A DNA stretch of 64,000 nt, taken from positions 1 to 64,000 of the forward strand of contig NMRA01000531.1 of NCBI GenBank assembly GCA_002633005.1. Reading direction: 5' to 3'. Shown piece by piece: positions 51,601 through 64,000 of this stretch (its first letter is position 1; each line of letters opens with the position of its first letter). A program made the translations under genes and the position numbers. Origin of the DNA: Phoronis australis. Taxonomy: Eukaryota > Animalia > Phoronida. The notes under the pieces are model-generated. The model made no database searches. It saw only the letters and a list, made by a program, of their open reading frames with translations, and was not told the origin of the DNA.

Positions 51601-54600
51601 TTCTAGTAAAGAACCGAGAATTTGAGTTCAGACTAGTTTTACACCTGGTGTCATCAAGTGCACAAACTAGGATTAGACAGTCACCCATAATGTATTCATT
51701 AGGTACCATTCTGGAGTGTAAGAATCAAGAAATTTCATGATCTAATCTAGAATTACGTTCGATTAAACTTGTCAAGCACACCGTTTGTGTTGGTACACAA
51801 TACTGTGGTTAAGATGGTCAGAGCTTGGTGTCACACAAAGGAATCAACAGGCGAAAAGTTAAGTCTAATTTCTCTAAAAGTCGACCGTTTTTCTCCATTC
51901 GAAGTTTTGTGGTAAGAGTATTTCATACAAAACACATCAGCTTCACGACATTCGTTGAAAGTGGTCTCCAAATAGTTATTTTTTAAATATCGATTAGCAT
52001 CAGGCACGTGAACATTGGCTTGCTACTATCAAACTGATAAGGACATGGCTGTATCCCAACTGGCCGACCAGTCAATCAGGATACTCATTGCACAGCGTGG
52101 GTTCATAACGTTCAAGCACAGATTTACGCACACTTGATTTGAGTTTGTGCTAAAGTACATTAACAGATGAATGTTGAAAAATGTCTAATTCGATTTAGAA
52201 TACAAAGATAAGAGCTTGGGCCCAGAACTATTTTTGATGACAGACATTTTGATGACAAGGACATTTTTTAACCAGTTTGTTCAAATAACCACAGTCTAAT
52301 TCATGAACCTCAGGTTAACACCAAAGGAAATGTCCTTTTTACGAGTCATACTGAGTACCTGAGAAGAAGAAACTGTCCTGGGGGTATTAGGCTAATCTGA
52401 AGTCCTTCCTTGAGGAGGGCTAGGAGCGATGGCCAGGAACAGACCAGCTGGTTAGGTGGACAGTGGTCAACAAAGGTGTAGAAAAACTGCAGCATGCTCA
52501 CTTCAAGAGGGGCCCGTTTCTGTAAACGATAATTGGAAAATTACCTGACGTGTGCATTCCCAAATATCATAAGCAACTCATCCCGTTTTACGGCACTTTG
52601 TACTTGGTCAATAAACTTGTACAAGAGCAACTGGTGTCACCAACAGTCGTAAGCACCAGCAGTGAATTTTAAAGTTCCTTTTGCAAGAAGCAGTGCAATA
52701 AATACCATCATAATGATGACTTTAAAGCAATAAAACCATAAAGGTTTCCCAGAAACCTCAATGCAAATCAAAACGGTGACAATCAACAAAGAGGTCTATT
52801 ACTGCAGTATTTTACTGACAAAATTGAGTAATCGAAAATTCTAATTTTCAAAAATCAGGACACGGTCAAACACAGAGTGAATTGATACCTTCGGAACGAA
52901 TAGAATGCCGTAACTTCAGTTGTAGTTGGGCAATTTTGGCAATTCAAAAACTAAACATGACCAGCATTTGACGAGAAATACAGAAATGCCATTGGTTTAT
53001 GTTCAAATATGTTATAATTTAACTTTTATTTTTAACAGCACAGCACAGTCAGGCATGATACGATCTCATTGAAGATTAGAGCAATAGTCGGACAAAAGAG
53101 ATCTGGCCCACTAACCATAAATGCCAGAAAGGAGTTAATCAGTCATGTAAGATATTGGCTACAGGGGTCAACTTCCCAACTTGTTGTTGGGCTATAGAAT
53201 TGAACAAGTTGGGATCAACAGGAAAACGCCGAAATGAAAAGATTACACACAAGATCTTGGGAAATTTTCAAAGAAAGTTATATCAATAAACATCGACAAA
53301 TCCTGTAAATTCAGATTTTCTGTAGGAAGTACTGCTAATTTCATTCTTGGTGTGAGAGTGGGAGGACTTGCCACTATGAACTCAAGGAGACTCCCAGATT
53401 ATGCGGAAGAGATGGCATTTTAAGTCAAACACGATAGTGAATACATGCAATTACCACTGGATCTTTTACCCTGGACTGGGAAAAGAAGACGACTAGCAGC
53501 AAAGCATGACTCAAGATAAAACTCCACATCTGAATGATTAATGAAACTACAGCAATACTATATACACTTTCATCATGCCTGCATCAAAGCTAACATTTCA
53601 GGCACACTGAGCTGGAGGAAATAAAACAATTTTCTTATTAACCACCACCATAAGGCCTTCCTAACTGTGATTGCTTAAACATGGCCAACAGACAGTGATT
53701 TTGGTAATCCCAGGAAATAACCACCAGTTAAAAGGCCCAATTGTCTATAATGACAACTGAGGGATTTACAACTGTCCCAGCTCAGGACTCAAATGAAAAA
53801 TTTGACTATCTTTGGGTGATAAACTAATCTTACACAAGCTTGGTCTTACATCCACAAATGTCATCACCAGGGGGTTACATCGAGGTCACTGAATACTAGA
53901 CTGACAACGAGAAGCAATGATAGCCTCATGTGTTTCATACTAAGGTGGACAGATACGTTTAGCATGGTCTCCCTTAACCCTGCAGGCGACTGTGTTAAGT
54001 GTCTGAAATACATTCGAGAGGGAAAAATCTATAGATAAAATGTTGGATACACATAATTTAGAGCCAAATAGTCATGTTTCACATCAATAAAACGTAAACA
54101 AAACAAACAAACAAAACATTTCTAACATACATAAGGAGAAAACTCACAACCCAACCATGGATAATTTAAAAAAATAAACCTAACGACCATCCACAAAGCA
54201 TTACCGAAGACTTCTCTAATGTTGTCGGAGGAGGTTGTCTGATCACGTGTTTTACAGTTTGTATCAGCGAGTCGGTTGGTAACACTTTGATTGAGCTCAC
54301 CAGGTCAACCAATAGGAGTTGATCATCGTTAGCAACACAGGCTGACTGGAAAAAATCAAAGCAATCGCTCAAGGATTGAAGGAATTGATTACATGTGTCT
54401 CAAATTACCTAAACTGTTTACTTTTCCTACTAGAATTTTCTGTATATAAGCCCATGGGTGTGTATTTGGAACATGAAAATTTTCAGGCGTATTAATAACG
54501 CCTGGGCATTTATTTGTGGGCGTGTAAACAGAAAGTCAGTTTTGTCTACGCAAATGGCAGCACGAAGTGCAATATGTGAAACAGCTCTTCTAGGTCTGCC

Positions 54601-56401
54601 AACACTTTGTTCGTTTTTATAAGTGATAAATGCTCCACAAAACTGAATTTGTGACAAAAAGTCGACTCTGAGTGTGCCTTTAAGAGAAAATTTTCTGAAT
54701 AAATGCCCCACTATCTGGGCACTTGACACCAGAAGTTGTAACACCAAATAAACACCCATGGGCATTTCATCGGGTGGGATTATCTATGGAAAATCCCAGT
54801 ATGAGTGAAATGACAATGTTTTCTACAAGTAATTTCTCAATTAGTACTTTCCTAAGTCAGCCCTTACATTCTCTCATTAAGCGGCCATGTCAAACAAAAA
54901 AGATAGCGATAAAAGTTCTAATATCTTTCAATTTAATGTCAAGCGTGACCATTATTTTTGCTCAGTGAAAAGGAACTTGACAGTTTCACGAAACATAACA
55001 CTTCAGGAATGTTGTATGTACAGTTAATTATGGCCAAGAAATATCACAAGATCAGCAGCTCAATGCCTATGTCCAAAAAAGAAGGAAAATAACATTTGAC
55101 TTAAACCACAGAAAGCTAAACAGATCTCAACTTTTTCCTAACAGATGAGAAGTGACTTATTTCTGGGCTTGGAAAAAACAGTTCACTACAGCTTGAGATC
55201 ATGATTGGTGAATAAAATGACCCACATTGACCATTAACCCAACTTGTAGAGTCTAGTCTCAATCAATAATTAACTGCCAGGTCTTTCCAAGGCCAGAAAC
55301 AACCTCTAACTTAAGGAACGATTTGAGATCAATTTGCTAATGATGGAAGTTAGGTTCATAACAAGGCTTCTCAAACCACTGGTAATAAGAAACACTTGTA
55401 GATAACCTAACTTGTAGTTAACACCAAGTTTGCCTCAGTACCATTTATACAATAACCTAACTTCACCAATTCTGCCTGCTGCACCCGACCTACCTTCTTA
55501 TTTCCACTTGGTCTCCTTGATCGTTCACTCCAGACAACAGCTACTGCACCCATTAGGCTGACGCTGTGGTGACGGGACAAAGGGCTGAGAAATTCAAGGA
55601 CAAATTGCCGCACAGTCTGTGGATGGCAAAGAAGGAAGCATGATAACATATTATATTGCGTATTTCTAGTTGGGAACAATTTAATATTAAGATTATTAAA
55701 TCATCAATTGCATGATTCTAAAATGCTACACTGTAAAAGAAAGTACAAACCAATGTCATTTCATCATATCCGATGTCATTCAATCTCCAAATGCTCAAAC
55801 AGAATATGTGCACACGAGAATATTAAATAATCAGCGAACAGATGGCCTTGACATAATGGCATGCTTTGCAAGAATCCTATGAATTGTGCTATTATTCCCA
55901 AAATCTTGTCATAGCACGAACTGGACTGGGCATCATTGCATGAGTGATATCATTTTCCAGAAAAACATTTATCGTTAGTAAAAATTTTCATTCATGAGCA
56001 CAGGAAGAAAGCCCAAATAGTCTCAAACAGATACGCATTGGTTACCAACAATCTTTTGTTAAAATGGGACAGTTGTGATCACCCCAACATAAAGTTTTAA
56101 GTAAGTAGATCTGGTTGAAATATTCATATTAGTCAAGCCTGGGTGAATTATAATCTTCATCAGTTAATATGGTACGCTTGTTGAAATAATTTAACTTTAG
56201 GGTCCAGCAAACATTTACAAGGGAGCACAAACCTACCTTTATATCTCCCATAAACCACTCTTTACTCTGGTCAGTTTTTTGTGATGCTTTCCAAATTGCT
56301 GACAAACTGAGTAAGATTCTAGGTAGCGTACTCAGAATGCCACGACGAGCTTCAATGATGGGAGAGATATAACCAGGGATGTCTCTGACAGGGCTTGCTT
56401 C
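33354..56401 (-). CDS. DOP1: Dopey/DOP1 family protein (Golgi-endosome trafficking), 3' thirteen coding exons; 5' part lies beyond the window
   Basis: The spliced translation follows the vertebrate DOP1A C-terminus motif by motif: [142 protein letters not shown]. All introns are GT-AG with matching phases. Confidence 0.97.
33469..34075. repeat. 303-bp tandem duplication separated by a single N (probable unmerged contig overlap)
   Basis: 33469-33771 equals 33773-34075 with one visible substitution (caaaacaaca versus caaatcaaca). N at 33772. Confidence 0.9.
35528..35636 (-). CDS. DOP1: DOP1 exon (109 nt)
   Basis: cag|[36 protein letters not shown]|gtgag. Confidence 0.93.
36701..37967. mobile_element. 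Helentron-associated (HINE/DINE-1-like) non-autonomous element with internal repeats of about 400-450 bp
   Basis: Begins AACAAGAGC followed by a short hairpin. Ends with GGAC repeats, the hairpin CCACACATA-AA-TATGTGG and ATAAAAA. Internal blocks recur at 36790/37193/37645, 36935/37339/37781 and 37078/37486. A related relic lies at about 49540-50110. Confidence 0.7.
38406..38567 (-). CDS. DOP1: DOP1 exon (162 nt)
   Basis: cag|[54 protein letters not shown]|gtaag. Confidence 0.95.
40797..40975. repeat. Minisatellite, 29-bp unit x6
   Basis: AGTCCATAAAACAAGTCAATGACAAAAAC repeated perfectly. Confidence 0.95.
42517..42540 (-). CDS. DOP1: Candidate alternative 24-nt microexon of DOP1
   Basis: About 50 nt of polypyrimidine tract containing TGC, then aag|GTGTGGCAAAGTTCTTCAACACAG|gtaaag. 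Phase 2-2, frame-preserving, adds CGKVLQHR. Confidence 0.6.
43604..43659 (-). CDS. DOP1: DOP1 exon (56 nt)
   Basis: cag|[19 protein letters not shown]|gtaagt. Confidence 0.92.
44512..44648 (-). CDS. DOP1: DOP1 exon (137 nt)
   Basis: cag|[46 protein letters not shown]|gtacg. Confidence 0.95.
45018..45330 (+). repeat. Interspersed repeat, copy 1 (copy 2 at 52911-53222)
   Basis: Colinear blocks TTGTAGTTGGGC.ATTTTGG, GATTAGAGCAAT, AACCATAAATGCCAGAA.GGAGTTAATCAGTC.TGTAAGATATTGGCTAC and ACTTCCCAACTTGTTGTTGGGCTA. Confidence 0.9.
45695..46509. mobile_element. Probable Tc1/mariner-type MITE relic
   Basis: The right end CCTACGGTA carries subterminal ACGACTTTAGG repeats. These are mirrored by (C/T)AAAGTCGTGA and CCCTAAAGTCATGA toward the left. 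The left terminus is degenerate. Confidence 0.4.
47178..47333 (-). CDS. DOP1: DOP1 exon (156 nt)
   Basis: cag|[51 protein letters not shown]|gtagg. Confidence 0.95.
48053..48327. repeat. Minisatellite, 39-bp unit x7, overlapping a DOP1 exon end and splice donor
   Basis: Unit AAATAATGGTGTGAAAATTAGGCATTCAACACACTCATC. The last copy overlaps exon 48321-48532. Confidence 0.95.
48321..48532 (-). CDS. DOP1: DOP1 exon (212 nt)
   Basis: cag|[70 protein letters not shown]|gtgtgt. Confidence 0.95.
49229..49433 (-). CDS. DOP1: DOP1 exon (205 nt)
   Basis: cag|ANGYPEQ...[48 protein letters not shown]|gttag. Confidence 0.95.
51143..51354 (-). CDS. DOP1: DOP1 exon (212 nt)
   Basis: cag|[54 protein letters not shown]...ESYE|gttag. 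Confidence 0.95.
52359..52519 (-). CDS. DOP1: DOP1 exon (161 nt)
   Basis: cag|[54 protein letters not shown]|gtact; phase 2 matches the next exon. Confidence 0.92.
52911..53222 (+). repeat. Interspersed repeat, copy 2 (see 45018-45330)
   Basis: Colinear similarity to 45018-45330. Confidence 0.9.
54205..54345 (-). CDS. DOP1: DOP1 exon (141 nt)
   Basis: cag|[47 protein letters not shown]|gtaat. Confidence 0.93.
55494..55616 (-). CDS. DOP1: DOP1 exon (123 nt)
   Basis: cag|[41 protein letters not shown]|gtagg. Confidence 0.93.
56237..56401 (-). CDS. DOP1: DOP1 exon (165 nt)
   Basis: tag|[55 protein letters not shown]|gtaggt. Confidence 0.9.
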
Positions 56402-59400
56402 CTATGGGATAAAGACACTAAGCTACAAAGCTATCTACGACATGGCAAGGTTTTCTACAATTACACCAGTGCCATATTGAACTTGTACATTGTATGTGGA
56501 GATCCCTAAAGAAGTGCAAAAGTAATTTGCAGTTAGCAAGTCCAAGTCATTCGGATGCCATTTAAAGTTATGATTTTAGTTTAGATCATTAAATTAAAAT
56601 AGTTCACCAATAAAAAAAGCGAAGTCCCAATCGCGCTAATTTTCGAACCACATAAACTTTGTAAAGGCCATTTTACCAAAATTCTAAATTTAAGTACTAG
56701 TCCACGAGAGCACCAACCATGAGCGGCAAGGTGGGGGTCAGCCGATTTTCACCAAATTTGGCACATATGTAGTCCTATGGGATCTATAAACAGCGGTAAA
56801 ATATTTCCTCAAAATATTGCGTTTTTCTAAAGTTATAGGCTCAAACACATTTTACGGCTTCGCAGCCATGTTTTCACGGTATAAAAACTGTCCAGTTTTA
56901 ACTGTTCATATTTTTCCTTGAATGAAAGCTATTGATTTATTATTCACTTGGCATTGTTTAGTGGTGCCTGTAGATTGTTACACAGATGTCTTGAAACACG
57001 ATTCCGATTTACCACCCTCATTTAGTAGTTTTACTACACTGCCCCCCGTTATGCCATTTTGAGGTTGTGTTCAGTACACTGCTGTACCAAATCTGCCCCC
57101 ACTGTTATGAGAATGAAACTTAGCCAAAATGTTGACAAAACATGTTACTTTCATTTCATAAAATAAAAACTTTGTCAGCCAGTTTATTAGTTATATATTT
57201 TGGCACCTCAAATGTACTAAAATGAGAAATTTTCATATATCTGAGATCGATGCGTGAGCACCGTAAAATCCGATCGTCCTTCATGTTTTTCGATATTTTG
57301 CAACAAGTTAGTTCCTCCTGAATGTTTTGAACGTTTTACTACTGATCACTTAGGGCTATAGTACCCCTAAATACCATACATGGCTCCATTTTGTAAAAAG
57401 CCGATTATGTCCTCCACAGTGAACAGGGTTAGACATGAACTCGACAAATGTAGGTTATTTTGATTTACAGTTGTTTTACTTTGCAATTTCCTCATGGGTA
57501 TTTCTTCACACATATTCAAGTCAGATTTTCTGTTGATCAAATGTTCATGCAATGCATTGTAATATCAAATGAAGGATAAGTTTGGTTGCATGACCGCAAT
57601 TTTTCCCACGACTTAAAACAAAAGACCGCAGAAATTTTCCTGACGAAATACCGGGTTTGCAGTTCTGTAAAAACATTCGAATGACAAGACAAACTCCACC
57701 ACTGTCCATGGCAACTCGTCGCATGTTTTTCGCCCATCGGTCCTATCATTGTTTTCCTTTGTTGTGTCATTGTTGGATGTAACAACACAGGTCGCATGGA
57801 TATAGAACCTTGCGTACATCAGACCGTTGCCGATAAGTGCTCGTCATTATATCTTTATTATAACAACGGAAACAATGAAGATGCTAATCTATTGTTCTCT
57901 ATGCGACCAGGTTTCCCGTGGATGACCACAGAAGAGGAATCCCAAAGTATCCACAAACAATGACCACGCACCTTAGTAACTATTACCGCGCACACGAATC
58001 CTTTCCGTGGAACCTGAACACCAAATTTTTATATCCGTGTATTGTGTTGTATTGCTCATGGTACGGGTTCAGACTCTGTTGTATTAAGATTCCAATCCCC
58101 AACCCTGTAATATGTAGTTTGAGTAAAATTTCTAGACAATGCAGGTTTATGGATTTATTCTCCTTCAAATGAAGAGTAAAAATCAAATTCTGCACAGGTT
58201 TTTTAAAAGTAATCACTTATTGGAAGATCACACATCTAAAAAATAAAACAATGTTTGACAATTTTATTCATTATCTTATTTGAAAATTGCCTACCTCACA
58301 GACAACTCATCTAAGTTGAAAATATTCCTTGTGAAAAAATATAAAATACCAACCAGAGACTTGTGTACTACAAAATATGTTTTCGTAATACAATGCAAAG
58401 ATAACTGTACAGTCAAAAGTGCAAATGTTATGACTCTAATAAAAAATTGCCTTCTAGATCTTTTCAACACTCTAATTGCTACAGGACAGAGTCAACCACA
58501 CAAAGCTCATAAAGTCAGGGAATTACATTTAAGGTGATGTAGTCTCACTGCGAAAAAGTGATTTCGCAATATCGCTGACAACACTGGAAATCTCTTCTTC
58601 ACAAACTTGAGGTAGCTGTATTTACCACATCAATGTTCTTATCAAAACTAACCACCACAAAATGAAAAATTGGCTTGTCGGTTCCAATTAGGCAGCATTT
58701 TACAATGAAATGGTCATGAAAAAATACTTTTGCAACATGGTTTGCATTACAATTGCCCTACGATTACAGTTGTACATACATACTAGACCAGTAACAAAAT
58801 TACCCATGGGAACCATAAAATGGTCAATTCGCCAAAAAAACAAGGAGCCACCAGAGCTAATGTGCCAATACTTTTCAGTACTGCAACAAAAAATCATTTG
58901 AAGTGGACATAAACTCGCCTAAAATCACATAAAACAACTTTTGATTTAGATATTTTACCATCACGAAATAGGTATTACTTCCAGGTCACTTTTGAGCAAT
59001 TTCAGAACTTTGAAAGATCTGGCAATATGCAATTGCTAGAGACCAGACTAATAGTGTGCGATTTTATACACACAGCATGGTCTCAAGGAATAGCAAACTG
59101 TCAATTCGCTACAATTCCAGAAATCACTTCCCATCTGGATAAGGAACAAACTGAGCAAAGTTTATAGAGGTAAATGGTCTAAATCAAAACTTATTACCTC
59201 CTGGACAGAATATGGGTTTACAACCCAGGTAGAAAGATAAGTTAACAAAACCAGCCTAACTGCAACAGGGTCTCAAATTTCAGTAATATATACCCATTTA
59301 CAAACAAAAATCTATAATGGTAAATAAAATGCGGAAACATAAATTCAGATCAATTACGCATCTTCAAGGAAAAGGAACAGTACAGTGGTCAGAAATCATC

Positions 59401-59669
59401 TAAATGTGATGGCCACACTGAGAAATCCTGTCAGACCAAAAAATCCAGTGGCTAAACAAAATGAACAATGTACCATTACCATGTGGCCCAGGATCATGAT
59501 CCGTGCCTGGAGAAAAATTCAGTCTTAGACTAGGTAAATTTTAGATTTGTGCTGTTCACACAAGCAGTTCTGGTGCAAACAAAGCTTGCGACAACACACA
59601 AGCCTACTTCCCTACACAGCTGTGCTGATACAATAATGCCCCCACTGGATTTAGCAGATCAGCCAGAGT

Positions 59670-60960
59670 ATTTACAGGTCCAGCCACTGTACTGTTTCCT
59701 CCCTTTGAATTTTTACAATGCTACATCCTTGACAATCGCAGATTGCCTCTTTCAATGCATACTCCACTTCCTCTGTCCCAGTTTCCCCACATTTGCTGAG
59801 AGTGGCCTATCTCAACAAATTACTTTGGACCTGTTGTGGTATAAGCCAGTAATCTTTGGCAAATACTTTTTCCCCCGACTCGTTCCTCAAGCTACAAATT
59901 CTCTTTGACATATCTTCTGGGAGTAGACTTTACGGCCTCTCTCTAGCCCCCTCACTTAGTTGTCCAGAAGGGTACCTTCTTGCTGGTTGTGAACTTTTCC
60001 ATACCCAACCTTTACTAATAATCGGCAAGTCTCCAACTTCAGCAGAAGCCACTTCTTCAGCATAAGCCTTTCCTGATTCCTAAAATTGTATTAATGAAAA
60101 AATTAAACATATTAAATTTAATGTGGCCATTTCGGCTCAGAAAATATGAATACCAAGCTAAAGTGAAGGCGCCAATATTTTTGACGGCTTTAGCATGTTT
60201 AATTAACTTCATAATCGCAGAAATTCATTGGCAGACATAACATACTCCCTAGTCTCTAAAAGTAGTTCATGGGCAGAAGTCATGTTACACATTTGGTGGT
60301 TGTTATGAAAAGTTATGATGACTACCTATTTTCTATGCCAATGTATACATGTAGTTGCATAAACATCAACACATTTGAATAAGATATGATTAAGCAATAA
60401 GGCCCAAGTTATAAGCAATCACGGTGTGACAATAAAAGTATTTTTGCATGAATGACGTGCTTCTAAAAATATTCCTCAGGGTCAGACCCTGGAGTTTAGT
60501 GATTCCTACCTGAGCTCACACGAAGCAGGACGTTGAACCTTGACTTAACGTCTTTGGTCATTTTTCAGACCTCTATCAGGCTCTATCAGATTTCTCCTCT
60601 AGTGTGCAGTGGATGTTCTCAGTGTCTTTGGCGACAGCAATATATCTCGAGTGTTGTAACGATGATTCGGGCAAGTGAATCTAATAAGGTAGATTATGTA
60701 GCTCCTGCTCCACACCTGCCTCCGAGGCAGACACTGAGACAGACTACTTCTCAGGACTCAGGAGGACACGTTCCACCTCCACATCAGCTCCACGTACTCT
60801 TATAAGGTGCTCAAATGTCTCGCTCTATACCTTGTGCATTTCCCAAGAGTTTCCAAAGTTGTTTCTCTCCGCAATTTGTAGAAATACCACATTCGATGCG
60901 ACTGGCAGTGCCAGATAAATAGATAAATTCGCAAACCCGCACTTTAGGTCAGCCATCATT
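59670..60960 (-). pseudogene. Decayed, internally deleted transposase (Sola3-like) in a DOP1 intron
   Basis: The first exon-like block (about 60956-60510) reads MADLKCGF...FTCPNHRY...PDRGL/MTKDVKSRFNVLLRVSS|gtagg. The second block (60079-59670) reads LPIISKGWVWKSSQPARRY...EDMSKRICSLRNESGEKVFAKDYWLIPQQVQS. These resemble the N-terminal CPxHR...VPVGSG region and the C-terminal GWALK...F...WL.PQQI region of this transposase family (recalled). Stops and frameshifts are present. Confidence 0.5.
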
Positions 60961-63900
60961 CAACTAACGCATTGTAAGCTTTAGTTTGGTATTCAGACGA
61001 GTTGGATGAACAAATTTAGTATAATTTCATATTTTAGTGGGAAATGCTAGTGTCCTTAAAATTAATTAAAAACATTTAAGCAAACCAATTCTTTTAATTG
61101 TTGTATTATACCACGGCATATTAATGCGTAGAAACGGCGCACAACTAGTGACTGGTTTAACATGACAAATACACATACGCGGTCTGAAAATAGTGAAATT
61201 CAGACACCTATTACCAAGCCTGCCTGAAGGGCTGACAAAGTTTTTATTGTATTAATTTCAAGGGCATGGAGTCTTCTACATGTCCATGTTATTATTTTTA
61301 GTTTTCTCGCGGGGGCAGCTTCGCTATAAGGGTACAACTTACTGCTGGTTTTTCACAAGAAGGAAATGTACCTCCACGGAAACAGTTCCAGTGTTACCAT
61401 GGTAACCGATATTGCAGTGTCGGTGCCGTTTTTACTGACATTGGTCATGATCCTATCATGTGATATCAAAATTGTTCAGAAACGATTCTGTTTGAAGCAG
61501 AAACTGGAGTAGAAAATTTGGTCAAAAATGACTCGTTCCACACCAAGAAATTGCCTCTTTGCCCCCAAGAACTCTTCCCTTGTATCTCCTAAACCACCAA
61601 ACTTTGTGGTGTCATACTTCACCCAATTTCTCTCATCTCTAATGTGATTTATCAGGCTAAACATGGATCTGAATGGCTGACCCCCCACCTTGCCGCTTGT
61701 TGGCTGTACAGTGGTCGGTGGATCCGTGGACTGATACTTAAAGCTTCTTTTTGTAACCTAGGGCGGAGGCGTTTACCACTGTTAATGACCGTATAAGATG
61801 TTTATGAACCAGATAAGACCATGCTTCATCAAGCCTCACCAACTCTAGATTAGACCTGGACACATAACCAATAGTCCTTTTGCGAGTTAATAACAATAAC
61901 GCGAGACTCTGTGAGACTTAATTGTGATGTCACCTGAAGTAGGGCAAAAGCTTGTCGTTTGGCCATTTGCCAGATACGTTAGCAAAGTGTATTCTGTTCA
62001 GTTTACTCCGAGTTTTTAATCTTTTAGTGTAAAAAATGCCTAACAAGTATTGCTGTTATGGGAAATGTAATTCAGATTCGCGCTACAATACGTCCCTTCG
62101 CGTTCTGTACTAATTTCATCCCATGTATTTTAAACGGGCGGTTGGCCATGATTAAGAGTTTTTACTTCGTCAAAATACATTATACACTTAAAACTATCAC
62201 TTAAAAAAGCGCTTACTTTGTTCAATGATCCTTTCTGCTTCTATATATATCTTTAATGAAACATAACTATGAGAATTAAGGGGACATTGGCGAAGAATTC
62301 CAACTCCACTTTTTGTTTACCGTTGACTTTTTCACCCCACGTGCGATAACCGCAAAGAATATCAACCGAGTCAGGTGAGTATGAGGCAAAGCGCATGACA
62401 CTTGCAAAATAGCATGGGAAGACACAAAGTAAAATTTGCACGACTTGTGTCCCTTGGACTTTTTGTTTGCCAACGAGTGTGATTTCACGAAACTTCTTCA
62501 AAATGGCACCTGGTGAGAGAAACTTGAGAACCGCGAGATTTTCATGGATATGTTCAAGTTATTTTTTGACTAAACTGTATCCAGAGTTATGGTATGTGTT
62601 GATTATAACTCCATGTGCAGATATGCGTGTTTCATTTGATTTTATTTGCTGTATTTTGAAATGAGTAGGCCCTAACATTTTATGGGGATATGCTATCGCC
62701 CTTGTATGCCTACGGCATTCAGGCCTAGTCCGGGTGGAGTTCCAATTATAGTCTGTTCACAGTTTCACACAACATTATAAACAAGTTCAAACTTTCTTTG
62801 TCCATTCCCAGTTATTCCACGATCCATCTCTCTTAAGTTGTGTTCACGTTTTAAGCGTGAAATTCTCCATATGAACTCCAGTAAGATTTAGTGTGTGTAG
62901 CAAAGACTCGCGGCGAAACAAGGGCAATATGGCGGGTTTTGCTCTACTTCCAGTGACATCACATTGAATAACTGGAAACTCCCAAGTGAGCTATTGGAAC
63001 ATTAAAGGTTTATGATTTTGCAACACACACTGAACTTTCTGAGGACTATGGGGTTAAATGAAATGGTTTCATAAGCAGGGACCTGAACAAAAGGTGTCAC
63101 TCAAGAATTTTAATAATGCATCAGAAACTCAGCTGATTTCATGAAACACTGCACTTCATCAATAGTTTTGTCCATGAAAGAGCCATTGTTGTCAAGAAGC
63201 CTGTTGATCAGATATGCCCAAGGCCTTTTTGTGTGGAGTATAAGCCATGGCCTCAGGGCAATATAATACTGTACAGTAGTCATTATTGTTATGTTTGGAG
63301 TCCAACCTCTCCATTTTCACATGCAATATATGGTACTGTACTAGTTGTGTTCTACCTAACTCAAATTCTAATCATAAGCTAAAAAATTGACATTTCGTGA
63401 ACTAAAAACAGGCAATTTTTCAAACTGTTTGACTGCTAGAATTAAATACCAAGTGAAAATTTAGGTTTGGATCATTTTTACCCAAAGCAACACAATAAAA
63501 ACTGCCAAATAAAGACTCTCTGGTATCCATTTTAGTTACATTGTGAAATGTGGTAGATTAATAGTCTGTGAGAAGTGATGCTCGACAAAAGACTGCTAGA
63601 ATGCTTAACAATGGACTACATTGTAAACTGGATTTATGGGTAGCCTGGATTGAGAAATCACTCTCCTCTTGAGTTGCCTAAGGAGAGGTTTTTGCAATGT
63701 AATGCAGCATCCATGCAGCACCATTTTCCAGTGCTGCAAAACTAAGCCAGGCTTGACATTAATACACTAAAAAAATATTCAAATTAGAACACATGATGGC
63801 AAAACAGTGAAATTTAATTTTATCAAAACAAGATGACAGTTTTACTTCCCTGTTTCAAAACTTTACCACTGTCACCAACAAACACATGGTGCAATGTTGG

Positions 63901-64000
63901 TTAGTTCTGGCATAACAGTAAGCATTGGAATATGGAAAAAATACAATATTGGTCATGTTTGTTTGAATTTAAGAAAACTTTACCAATTACAGCTTGGAGA

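Noticed and set aside
56402-64000. Further upstream DOP1 exons
   Set aside because: I found no minus-strand segment matching the expected preceding motif (LLEG...HYCLLD-like). The region looks like a long, repeat-rich intron, although a short divergent exon could be missed.

Overview
AT-rich eukaryotic (animal) genomic DNA, most likely from a marine invertebrate judging by its repeat families; this origin is an inference. The right half holds the 3' part of a spliced Dopey/DOP1 gene on the minus strand. Thirteen phase-consistent GT-AG exons run from 56401 down to the stop at 33354, and there is one candidate 24-nt microexon at 42517-42540. The left half is a transposon-rich intergenic region. 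It contains a Gypsy (Mag-like) LTR/PBS/gag 5' end running off the window edge, an L1/Tx1 RT relic, a Penelope-type minimal hammerhead, several MITEs with visible TIRs and TSDs, decayed gene-like duplications and a 789-N gap. The most unusual object is a 3.2-kb element at 25356-28573 with CAC-terminal TIRs and a 5-bp TSD, the Transib/RAG-type signature. It carries two convergent decayed genes: one with Chapa/RAG1-N-terminal-like zinc motifs and one with C2H2 zinc fingers. Most entries in the supplied ORF track are spurious. All family assignments come from reading the sequence and recalled motifs; no database searches were run.
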